Origin: Octopus sinensis
Taxonomy: Eukaryota
Length of the DNA: 64,000 nucleotides
Reading direction: 5' to 3'
Assembly: GCF_006345805.1 (NCBI RefSeq)
Contig: NC_042999.1
Span: 79,298,001 to 79,362,000 of the forward strand
In this document: positions 53,379-64,000 of the stretch, piece after piece
Layout of the letters: every line of letters begins with the position of its first letter
Position numbering within the stretch: position 1 is the first letter of the stretch
Translations under genes and position numbers: made by a program
The notes under the pieces: model-generated
Database searches by the model: none
What the model was told of the DNA's origin: nothing
The model's input: only the letters and a program-made list of their open reading frames with translations

Positions 53379-54236
53379 ATTGAATCGAAATATTAATAAT
53401 TTAAGAACCCGATGAAAGATAGGTGGAGCGCATAAGCGAATAGTTTTGATGGGGGATTTTGATGCCAGACTTGATCGGAAGCTTTCCAAAGAGCGAGAAA
53501 ATCGGCATTTTATCAACATTTGTCTAAGGCGAGAGCTCACTAGATCAAGCTTATGGGAAACCTTACTATAGTTCGTAAAGTTATTTATCATAGTAAACAT
53601 TTACAAGCAAGACCATGTACTTATAGTATACTTATATGCAATTTTGGTCTTGTATTAGCAACCATTTAAAAGCGATTTCAATCCATGGCAAATGGCAACG
53701 AAAAGAAATTCTGTTTAAACATTTTCATTATAGAGTAATCACCCCCACCATCTCTCACTTTCCTTACTGCTAATGTTCCGTTTCATTCCTTTGCCTTCAA
53801 CAACATCAATAATAACAACAATAACGACTACGACAACTAAAAACAACACTAACAACGACAACAGTAACAACCCACTTCAAGTGTTTTATTAAGAGCTGTG
53901 TGGTAAAGGGGTTGTCTGTATAATCGTTAGAGTTTATCAAATAATCTTTTTATACAACACGGGGGCTGTCTGACGGGAAACTTTCCCCAAACAAACAATC
54001 AACTGCCAACTACTTGAATAACAGATCGTATCTTAACGACTAGTTAAACTGACGGCGTCCCATGTAGATTACTGGTAGATGCGGTTGATGGTGGCAGTGG
54101 CGGAAATAATTTTGATGGTGGTGGAGGTGGTGGTGGTGGTGGTGGTGGTGGTAGTGGGGGGTGGGGTGATGGCGTTGGGAGTATAATTGTTGGTAGTGTT
54201 TTTGTTGTTGTTGGTAGTGATGATGGTGCTTGTAGT

Positions 54237-54555
54237 GAAAGCGCGTGGCTTGGTGGTTAGGGTATTCGGCTCACGATCGTGAGGTCGTGAGTTCAATTCC
54301 CGGTGGCGCGTTGTGTCCTTAAGCAAGACACTTTATTTCACAGTGCTCCAGTCCGCTCAGCTGGCAAAAATGAGTAGTGTCTGTATTTCAAAGGACCAGC
54401 CTCGTCACACTCTGTGTCACGCTGAAATCTACTTAAGTACTACATTAAGGGTACTCGTGTTTGTGGAGTGCTCAGCCACTTCCACGTTAATTTCACGAAC
54501 AGGATGTTCTGCTGATCGGATCAACTTGAACCCTCGTCGTCGTAACCGATGGAGT
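54237..54555 (+). mobile_element. tRNA-derived SINE family C, full length
   Basis: Head gcgcgtggcttggtggttagggtattcggctcacgatcgtgaggtcgtgagttcaattcccgg (A/B boxes); tail ccctcgtcgtcgtaaccgatggagt. Confidence 0.9.
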
Positions 54556-54745
54556 TCTAGGGAGTGCTAGGGATTGCCAGGGAGTACCGAGGAGTGCTAG
54601 GAAGTGCCATGGAGTACCAGGGTGTGCCGGGGAGTGCCAGTGAGTGCTGCCAGTGAGTGCTGCCAGTGAGTGCCGGGGAGTACCAGTGAGTGCCAGTGAA
54701 TGCCGGGGAGTGCCAGGGAGTGGCGAGGAGTGCCAGGGAGTGCCA
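54551..54745 (+). repeat. 10-bp minisatellite, consensus GGAGTGCCAG, ~19 units
   Basis: ggagttctag ggagtgctag ggattgccag ggagtaccga ggagtgctag ... ggagtgccag ggagtgcca. Confidence 0.92.
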
Positions 54746-54962
54746 AGTGATGCTAGTAGTAGTGGCGTGGTTAGAAATAATTTTGACAGCAGTGTTGTTC
54801 CTGTTGTTATTGTGTCTTGTAGTTTTATCAACGTTGGTGGTGGTAATTGCTGTGATGTTCTTGTTAGTGTTGTTCTTTGTAATGTTTGCATTAGTGCTGG
54901 TGCTGGTGCAGTTGTAAATAGTATTGCTGTTAATGGTGGTGATGATGTTGATGGTAATGATA

Positions 54963-55338
54963 AAGCGGCGAGTTGGCAGAGTCGTTAGCACGCCGGGCGA
55001 AATGCTTAGCGGTATTTCGGCTGCCGCTACGTTCTGAGTTCAAATTCCACCGAGGTCGACTTTGCTTTTCATCCTATCGGGGTCGATTAAATAAGTACCA
55101 GTTACACACTGGGATCGATATAATCGACTTAATCCGTTTGCCTGTCCTTGTCTGTCCCTTCTGTGTTTAGCCCCTTGTGGGTAGTAAACAAACAGGTATT
55201 TACGTTCTGAGTTCAAATTCCGCCGAGGTCGACTTTGCCTTTCATCCTTTCGAGGTCGATAAATTAAGCACCAGTTACGCACTGGGATCGATTTAATCAA
55301 CTGCCCTTCTCTCCCAAACATTGTGCCTAGCGTAGAAA
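54963..55338 (+). mobile_element. SINE family B, dimeric form
   Basis: Head aagcggcgagttggcagagtcgttagcacgccgggcg, unit 1, spacer ccgtttgcctgtccttgtctgtcc...gtgggtagtaaac, unit 2 starting at acgttctgagttcaaattccgccgagg. Confidence 0.92.
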
Positions 55339-55435
55339 AAAGGATGTTCATAGTAATGATGTTGAATCCCAGTGTTGGTGGTTGTGGTAATTTTACTAAT
55401 GTTGTTCTTGGTGATGGTAATGCTGGAGCTGTTGC

Positions 55436-55466
<31 letters not shown>

Positions 55467-55988
55467 GTATATATTGTTATTGGTTGCGGTTGTCGGTGGC
55501 AGTGATGCTCATCGTCATCTTAATGTTAGTGGTGTTGTTTGTTGAAGGACGAATAGTTGATGTTCTTATTAATATTAGAAGTCGTATAATTACTGAAAAA
55601 TAATATTTTGTATGCAGGGCTTATCATCGTCAACGTCGTCATCATCATCATCGTCACCATCATTATTGTTATTATTATTATTGTTATGATCATCATCAAC
55701 ATTATCGAAATGTACACTTGTTTCAATACATCTTTGCATCATGTCAAAGTGATGAATCATTTAGATATTTGACAAGATACAAAGATGTATTGAACTAACA
55801 GTACATTATTAAAATTTTATTATCATCATCATCATCATCATCATCATCATTATTATTATAATATTAAATATTATTATTATTATTATTATTATTTACAAAA
55901 CTCATGCCACCACACCACCCGAAACCACCCACACCACATCACACCCACCCGATACAACCCACACCCAGGTGGCAAATAAAAGAAATTA

Positions 55989-56022
<34 letters not shown>

Positions 56023-56853
56023 GTAAATATTGGTACCTATGTATTTGAATGTACGTATGTTTAACAATTGCATAATTAAACAAATACATACATACACAAA
56101 TAATGTGTGTGAGAGTGGGAAAGAGAGCGAGAGAGAAGAAAAGAGAGAGAGACAGAAGAAGAAGAAGAGAGAGAGAAGGAAAGAGAGGGAGAGAGAAAAA
56201 AAGAGAGGGAGAGAGAAGAAAGAGAGAGAGAGAGAGAAAAATTGTTTTAATATAAGTTGACATCTAAAAAGAGTTTTATATCCAGATAATGCATTAAGTT
56301 TGAAGATATATCAAGACTGTTGAACACATCTGTATATCAAAATATGAATGTAATGCCATTTTATCTAATGTTTATTATTACTTTTTCCTTAATTGTTATC
56401 TATAGACGTACCACCTCCTTTATACGTAATTATAGGAATAAATTTTTTTTGTCCCTATCTGTCTTTATATTTTTATAACAGTCTGTTCCTTTACCCTCGC
56501 CCCCTATTCCTGCAGTTTTAGAACTTGTATGTAATCAAATGTCTTGGGGAGACTCTTAAGGAGATGTCCTTTGGAAATAGATATATACGGATAAAAAATG
56601 AAATATTAACAGCTCGACATCTGTGGTTGACATCCTGAATTAAACATATAGCGCGTCAATATACGTCGGCATAAACATAAAAATACACACACACACAAGC
56701 GTATATACATCCGAAAACAGGAATACGCACACACTTATGTGTGCGCCACGTGTGTTCGTTTGTAACAGAAAGAGTTTAGCTGTGAGTGTACGTGTGTGAG
56801 CGTTCGTGAATATATATATATATATATGTGTGTGTGTATGTATGTATGTATAT

Positions 56854-56898
<45 letters not shown>

Positions 56899-57090
56899 TA
56901 TATATGTATATATATATATAATATATATATATATACATATATAATATATATACATATATATATGTATATATATATATACATATATATAATATATATATAT
57001 ACATATATATAATATATATATATATATAATATATATATATATTATATATATATATATACATACATACATACATACCTACATACATACACA

Positions 57091-57136
<46 letters not shown>

Positions 57137-57574
57137 CCTGTTTATGTGTATGTATGTGTATATATGGGTGGACAGAAAGAACGGTAGAGTTTATTTCAAG
57201 ACACTAGTACATAAACACACATGTGTGCACGCGTGCCTAATGTATTTGGTTGGCAACTAAGTTCCCGCTGTTTTTTTTGTAATTTTGGAATCTATTTCTT
57301 TTCGAGAATTCTATTTTTGAATCATTTTGGAATCTATTTTCTTTTTTCTGGTTAATATTAGTTAATTTTTGTATATTTTCAGATCATTAAAATGTTATGT
57401 CAAATTAAGGAAAACCTTGTGACTAGAGTAGAAAAGAAAAGGAGATTCCCTGTTTTAAGCTATTCTGATGGCTATGGAACTTGGTGCCTAGATGTTACGA
57501 ATACATAGTCTCGTTTTATAGCACATCATACAAATCACCTTCAGCCAGTACTAAAATTTGACCTTGACTTGACC

Positions 57575-57916
57575 AATGAGAATCGACCTACCTAAACAGC
57601 TTGATTAAACACAGTGCCAAACTAACGGCGGAGCTTGAAGCAGTCCAATGTCACTACACTAAAATGATTGAAACAGGGCAGTGGATGAGCAACAGAGATA
57701 GGCTGAGAAAACTACAGCATTACTCACTGGAGCGAAGGCGTGAGAGATATGCAATAATATACATATGGAGAATCCTAGAAGGGTTAGTACCTAACTTAGG
57801 CATTGAGTGTTATACAAATGCCAAAGCTGGCCGCCATTGTATTGTACCAAAGGTAACATCCACTCCATCTAAATTCAGGACCAGATATTTCAATAGTCTA
57901 GGATTCAAAGGCCTCC
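57575..57916 (+). mobile_element. CR1-group LINE reverse transcriptase C-terminal fragment
   Basis: KHSAKLTAELEAVQCHYTKMIETGQWMSNRDRLRKLQHYSLERRRERYAIIYIWRILEGLVPNLGI...GRHCIVPK...NSLGFKG is the typical post-RT-core motif LExVQRxxTKxI...LxxLxLYSLERRRER. Confidence 0.88.
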
Positions 57917-58110
57917 CCATGATAAATCGTTAGCCACTACACACATTTTTTCCCTCCTTGTTTCTCTCCTAGTTTTTTCTGTGTCCCTTTCTGTAGAAGA
58001 GCGTCGGCTCGAAACGTAAAAGACTTTTTCTATTCCTGAGCGTTATACTAATACATCTGTTTGTTTTCTACACATCTGTCTTCGTTTTGTGTCTTTTTCG
58101 TAAACTCCCC
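57917..58110 (+). mobile_element. Non-coding PLE-like element with minimal hammerhead-like motif
   Basis: 57986-58023 reads CCTTT CTGTAGA A GAGC GTCG GCTC GAAAC GTA AAAGA; homologous to the 17666 and 35761 copies. Confidence 0.75.
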
Positions 58111-58118
58111 ATATATGT

Positions 58119-58178
<60 letters not shown>

Positions 58179-58541
58179 CGCGTGTGTATATATATATGTA
58201 TATATATGTATGTATATTTGTATATATTAATTAATATTCAGGACAAGCAAGTAAGTACTCAGGCTTAACCACATGCCTAAAGAAGACGACAAATGCCTTT
58301 AAGCTACCTTTAAAATATCACAATAAATACGCGTCGAATTCGGGCAAATAAACGAAAAAGATTCATGAAAATGTTTAATTACACATCAATTGATTTCGGG
58401 ATTAAAGGGAACCCCCCTTTTTTTCCATCATCAGTGTAATACAACCCAGTGCACATAAAAACGAACAATTATACACACCCCATATATGTATGTACACACC
58501 CACACACAGACACACACAGACACACACACAACACACACACA

Positions 58542-58572
<31 letters not shown>

Positions 58573-59830
58573 CACAACACACACATATATACATACATTT
58601 ATATACATATACACAGATGTGTAGTATGTATTACTTATAACGTGGACGCAGTAACTTATCTAGCAAATTCCCGCTGAAGTCAGTCACCGCCTTAGATTCC
58701 ATTATCACTTTTGTGTATTTCGCTTATTTTATAAAAGAAGCAAAAGCGTCTCAAAATCATATTCTTTCATCTTTGGTTGGTATAAGATTACCAGAATGGC
58801 TACTGAGTGTACCTAGCTATTAAACTATTGAGAGTTAATTAAAATCCTATAAAATTAAGTAAATTTCGTCCGTAATATTTGTGCCTTATTTCAATAAATA
58901 TTTGCTCTCGTACAACCGCGTGTGCTGTTTTCTTTGCATTGCTATTTTAGTTGTTGTTGGGCTTCACCTCCACTCTGATCGCGCATATTTATCTATAGGC
59001 ATTCCGGTTGTGACCAGCCCGTCTTTTAATATGAATGTTGAAATACTGAGTTAGTTTTAGTTTGAAATAATAAAATGTGATTTGATTTGATGTGGCTACT
59101 GTTTTGAACAGGTCTCAGTATTTGTTAAATTACATCAAAATATACGTAAAGCGGTTCCGTATTACTGAATGTGACATGTATTTCGTTAAAGGTACTAACA
59201 ACTGCAGTTATACAGACATAATTATGCAGTTGCTTGAGTTTTGGTTTGGAATTATGCATGCATTTTTTAATATTTTCGAAATTCTGACTTATGTTTGACA
59301 CATAATACTTGAGACACTGCGTGTAGCCTTATTAAACATAATTTTTTTCTCTTCTTTTTTCTTCTTACTGTTTCTATCGTCAAATTTTGGTGACAGCTCG
59401 TAGACATAAAGAATTTTCATAACATGATATTGATACATTATCAACAGGCTAAAAATTCAACTTGAAGCAAAACCTGGTCAAGAGTAGTACGTTATCGAAA
59501 TTAATCAATCAATAGATAAAGACAACAAATAAACTCGAATAAACATCGGTGCGTGCACGACGGAGAAAATATGCATTCTGATTTCAAATCCCATCAGAAG
59601 CGATTTTAATTTTCACTATACAGTATTTTAGATAATTACTACCAAGCGAGAACTGAATGGCTGATTTTTGCTATAGTATGGCCATATTTATAGAGTTATG
59701 CCTACAGTACAGATTACTATTATTATTTACTTTGCTTTCTGTCGAAAAAACCATAAATTACTGGAGTAAATATAATTTGCAATACTCCTTACACAATGCC
59801 CGTTGTTTAATACATAAGTTTATTATTATT

Positions 59831-59903
59831 GAGTGAGAGAGCAGCAAATGCCATCAAAGCAAAACTGGGATAAAATATTCGAAGTCCAATATACCCATCA
59901 CGA
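59831..59903 (-). mobile_element. Terminal fragment of the (TAA)n-associated element seen at 13665
   Basis: tattattatt-gagtgagagagcagcaaatgccatcaaagc...gaagtccaatatacccatca matches 13665-13735. Confidence 0.75.
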
Positions 59904-61191
59904 ATGTTTAATTACAAAACTAAATGATGGCTTAAAAGGTCTGTATTAAGAATAGAAGCGAAACGTCATATTTTAGGTGCACATGATAGTGCTTCGCTCA
60001 AATAAATACGAGAAAAAATAATGAAATAAGAGATTACCATAAAATGCAGACAGTTCTATCAGTACAATTAAAACAATTGACTATATTTCTGAATGCCTAA
60101 TCGTTGCAAACCTTTTGCTTATCCACACACACAATCGACTCAATTGTTATGTCAACTATAGCATCATTTCGACGTGGAAACGAGTCAGAAGTGGTATAAA
60201 TATGCTTCGACGCTGTATATAAATATATTTCAACGACCTGGTTATAGTCATTTCAGATATGCTTGTGCAGTCTGACTTGGAAATAAAGGCAGGCGTTCAG
60301 ATATAATTATTGAAGGCTAACGCTACCATCTCTGTGCGTTGATAGATAAATTTATCATTTCTCACCAAAATATCATCTAAAACTGAGGTCAAGAAACGGT
60401 TAAAGCATAAGAAACTTAAAATTGAAATAAACAAGTTATCAAATATGGAAGTAAAATCACTGTCAATAATAATTGGATGTTTAAACAAATAATTAAAGGA
60501 TATACCACACGGCTCTGAATGGTCCTCGACAGAGTGCAAAAGAAAGCCCTGGTTGGTATAACCGATATCTTGTACAGTTCACATTCAGTTTAATAGAACA
60601 AACCACATTCTATGCGTTGTCTATATATTCACGACACACGAAAAAAGAAAAGGAACACGAAACAATTATTGCCCAACAAGATCCATATCTATACAATAAA
60701 CATAGCACCATAAGTAGTAAAACAATTGTAACAGTCCCCTCCATTACTATTCCCTAAACAGATACTACTGTAAACATCTCAGAAACGCAACAGTCCTGAT
60801 GAAATGGTTGAAATTTATATAAAATTGCTGAAAACAAGATTAAAAATACGAATAATAATAAAAAAAAAAAACAACAAAGACAAGCTACGGAATAAAAAGT
60901 AACAGTTAGAGCAATAATGATGAGAGATTTTTTTTTTTTTTACTTCAAATGGCAATACAGGCAACTAATTCATAATAATACCATTGTAAAAATATAAAGC
61001 ATTGTTATAAATTCTGAAAGAAACACATGTCTTATAAATGCAAAAGGTATACCTGAAATTGCAAATCTATAAAGATGACTTAACAGCGTAATCCAATCAA
61101 ATATAACATAATAGTATACATACATATATAAATACATATACATATACATACTGTATGCATGCATGCATGCATACATACATACATACATACA

Positions 61192-61250
<59 letters not shown>

Positions 61251-61447
61251 ATATAGATATATATATATATATATATGTATGCATATATGTATGTATTCAT
61301 TTAATATTAAGTATGTTATAGTAAGTATGGGCTATTTACGGAGTGCTCGCAGAGAGCCAACGGGAAAAAATACAAAGTAGAAGAAAATGAAAACGCAAAT
61401 CCTAGGCAGTCAACCAAATTCCTGAACGCATAAATTTGTATTAAGTA

Positions 61448-61483
<36 letters not shown>

Positions 61484-61540
61484 ACACACACACATACACA
61501 CACACACTGTACAGAGTATGTAATAAAATGTGTCCATTAC

Positions 61541-61613
61541 CTCGTTTTTGCATAAAAGAAAACAGATCATCTAAAAATTCTTTCCTCTTTGGATCTTCAC
61601 TTAGCTCGTATAA
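61541..61613 (-). CDS. ARID3: Internal coding exon of an ARID3 / dead ringer (dri, Bright family) transcription factor; N-terminal part of the ARID domain
   Basis: Minus strand reads ttgcag|TTATACGAG...CAAAAACGAG|gtaatg. It is 73 nt (phase 0 in, phase 1 out) and translates to LYELSEDPKRKEFLDDLFSFMQKRG, nearly identical to the ARID3-family motif LYELDxDPKRKEFLDDLFSFMQKRG. Canonical AG (61614-61615) and GT (61539-61540). Confidence 0.93.
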
Positions 61614-62192
61614 CTGCAAGAATATATTGAAACAAGTTGACAAAATAGAGAACATAAAAGTACCGGAAAAAAGTGTGTGTGTGTGCTGTTTTTTATAGTT
61701 AAAATTTTGAGAAGCAGTAAATAAGGGTTGAGTGATGTGTTTGTATAGGTGTCATGCAGGATGCATGTGGTTTGCAAGATAAGAAGGTGTTATGCATACG
61801 TTGACCATGGAACACGGCGTTACTGTGTCCGATATCAAGGTAGAAATGCGACAATCTGGAATGCCTAGTGTTAGCCACGACATGTGTATCAGTCAAGCAA
61901 ATAACCTGCCATTGAGGATGTGTGTGTAGAATTCAGGTGAGGTAGAAATACATGTTTTCATGCACACATAATTTACATACACACACGAGTGTGTGTGTGT
62001 CTTTTCATGCATATTTGATTTTACTGAATGTTCTTGTAAGTGAAATTGGTGGTCATGTGATGAATTGGAATACATGTGGGGCAATTTTTATCTGATGTGA
62101 TTATGGAATCTGACGTCGAACACATATGAACTATGAATGAATATATTGGTTAATTGATGTACTTCAGGTGTTTATATAGCCTGATACTAGGT

Positions 62193-62383
62193 CAGTAGTT
62201 CTCAATTTTTTTTTTGTTCTATGGACCCATTTTTATTCCTATTTTATTCGAGGAGACCCATTGCATTTTTATAATTAAATATTATTACGAATTGCAATAA
62301 ACAAAATATTTTGTGTATTAGAAGTATAACCAATTTATTGCCATAAATTTTAACGACAAAGTCGTATAAGTAATTTAAAATTT
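62193..62383 (+). mobile_element. hAT-type MITE, truncated copy (same family as 32037)
   Basis: Left TIR cagtagttctcaa; internal ttgtgtatt..agaagt.taaccaatttattgc...aaattttaac matches 32205-32250; right end replaced by a SINE B tail. Confidence 0.7.
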
Positions 62384-63336
62384 TGCACAAGGCCAGCAAT
62401 TTTAGGGGTGGGAATAAATCAATGACGTCGACCCCGGTGATCCACCGGTACTAATTTATTGACCCCCGAAAGGGTCGATAATTAATTATATCTCGGTGGT
62501 AGGGCTACCACGTAGAACTTTTCAACAATAAACCCAGCTTAACTCAGTGCCCATTAAGGAAAGCTTTGATTGAAAGGCATTCCAGCCATAATAATCCTGT
62601 ACTTTCGTACATTAGACGCTACATTTTCTAAGAGGTTCTCTCTTTTCTAATACAGTACTAAAAGCATGCGTTGGTCACTATATCTACCACATTTATCGAC
62701 CGCAGAGAAGCTCTCGTTTAACCGTTGCTGTTTTAGTCATTGTTTAAACCTAGGTGAGCTCAGACTAAACATATCTAGGATAAAAAACAACAAAGGTTCC
62801 AGCTGTGATCGTCTTGTCTTTTGGTATGCCAGGAACTTCATTATTCAAAAATGTGTGAGCTGAGGGAGGTGTTCTGGGTTCTATGTATGAGCAGATTGGA
62901 TTACCTCACAGTGGTTTCTCACTGACTGAGATCTGCTAATTGTCATTTAGTATATTTATATACATACATACATATATACATACATTCATACATACACATA
63001 CACATACATACATACATACATACATACATACATACATACATACATACAACATACATACATACATACACACACACACATATACATACGTACAAAGGGGGGG
63101 GGGCTTATTAGCAATTAGGACCTAAAAGTAAAATTAATAGAGGTCACAAAAGTAACGGAGGGTACAGATATAACACACACACACACATTGTTGATAGTGG
63201 AAGCTTATGATCAAAAACATTCATTTCACACGCACGTGGTTTTTCCCTATGACCAACGAAATCAGGACTATGTTATGCATAGTGTCCAGTTCTAACCCAG
63301 CAGGATATCCCTTTCTCTCTACATGTGTGTGAAGTA

Positions 63337-63367
<31 letters not shown>

Positions 63368-64000
63368 GTGTGCATGCGTGTATACATGTGTCTGTGTGTG
63401 CGAATGTGCATCTATATATGTTCAGGTATGCCTGTAAGCCTCAGCATTCAGAGATGCTACATTATGCATGACGGTGTCCTTTCAGTTTATGGTGATGATG
63501 ATGAGGAGGAAGAGAGTAAGAAGAAGGAGGGGGGATTATAGTCGCTACATTCAAGCATCATTCAAGAGACAATAAAGGATCGTATTAATGCCATACAAAA
63601 CAGTATGACTGCTTTATGCTTTATTAAAATACTCACAGCAAACTGAATTTACAACAGAAAAGACCCCCCACACACTCAGATCTTGATTCACCCCCATTCG
63701 TACACGGCATACATACATACACAGATACATACATACATTATATATATTATATATATTATATATATATATATATATTTATAGTTTAATGTATATGATAACA
63801 AGCCTACTGTATCACTAGGAGTGTTATGAATAACTGCCTTGATAAGATCTCCACTGTATGCAACTATCACTAGCTCCTCATAACTATACATTGTATACAT
63901 TGAAGAATATTTATCTCTCACCAGATGAAGTACCTTTTTTGTACTCTAACGTATTTAGGTATGGTATTAAAGAGGGATGGACCGGTTGAGGTAAAATAAT

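Noticed and set aside
54237-54310. tRNA genes at SINE heads (also 16664, 43083, 51120, 54963)
   Set aside because: A/B-box-like motifs are present, but they run directly into SINE bodies and I could not form full cloverleaves.
54551-54745. CRISPR-like array
   Set aside because: Contiguous 10-bp units without unique spacers, eukaryotic context, no cas genes.
60793-60830. CTGATGA...GAAA hammerhead-like string
   Set aside because: Stem II is only 2 A-U pairs, stem I fails after one pair, and there is no repeat-family context; likely chance in AT-rich DNA.
60970-61008. Phase-1 acceptor (atttcag|GTATACCTTTTGC) as the next ARID3 exon
   Set aside because: Translates to GIPFAFIRHVFLSEF..., which does not resemble GTPVNRIPIMAKQ.
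61410-61655. 81-aa ORF containing the ARID motif as a standalone gene
   Set aside because: Only 61541-61613 is homologous; the flanks are intronic read-through beyond canonical AG and GT sites into microsatellite.

Overview
AT-rich, microsatellite-saturated animal genomic DNA. It is most likely an Octopus (coleoid cephalopod) genome; this is inferred from its tRNA-derived SINE families and repeat landscape. Only one host coding exon is recognisable: a 73-nt minus-strand exon (61541-61613, AG/GT bounded) encoding LYELSEDPKRKEFLDDLFSFMQKRG, the start of the ARID domain of an ARID3/dead ringer transcription factor. I could not find the next ARID exon (GTPVNRIPIMAKQ...) by eye, so most of the window is probably one intron of >61 kb. 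The rest is mobile-element debris: four tRNA-SINE families, CR1-group, Tx1/L1 and R4/Dong-type LINE fragments, a Tc1 remnant and hAT-type MITEs. Four observations stand out. (1) A 185-bp near-perfect palindrome (36100-36284) in which each arm carries a complete type I hammerhead ribozyme fold. (2) A dispersed ~200-230 bp non-coding family carrying a minimal hammerhead-like motif with a variant core (4 copies), probably Penelope-like (PLE) derived. (3) A 5S-rRNA-headed SINE whose 3' tail is shared with a tRNA-SINE and with a CR1-group LINE 3' end in the same window. (4) (TAA)n-targeting retroelements. Almost all ORFs in the supplied track are translations of microsatellites. Everything was read by eye; no searches or folding programs were run.
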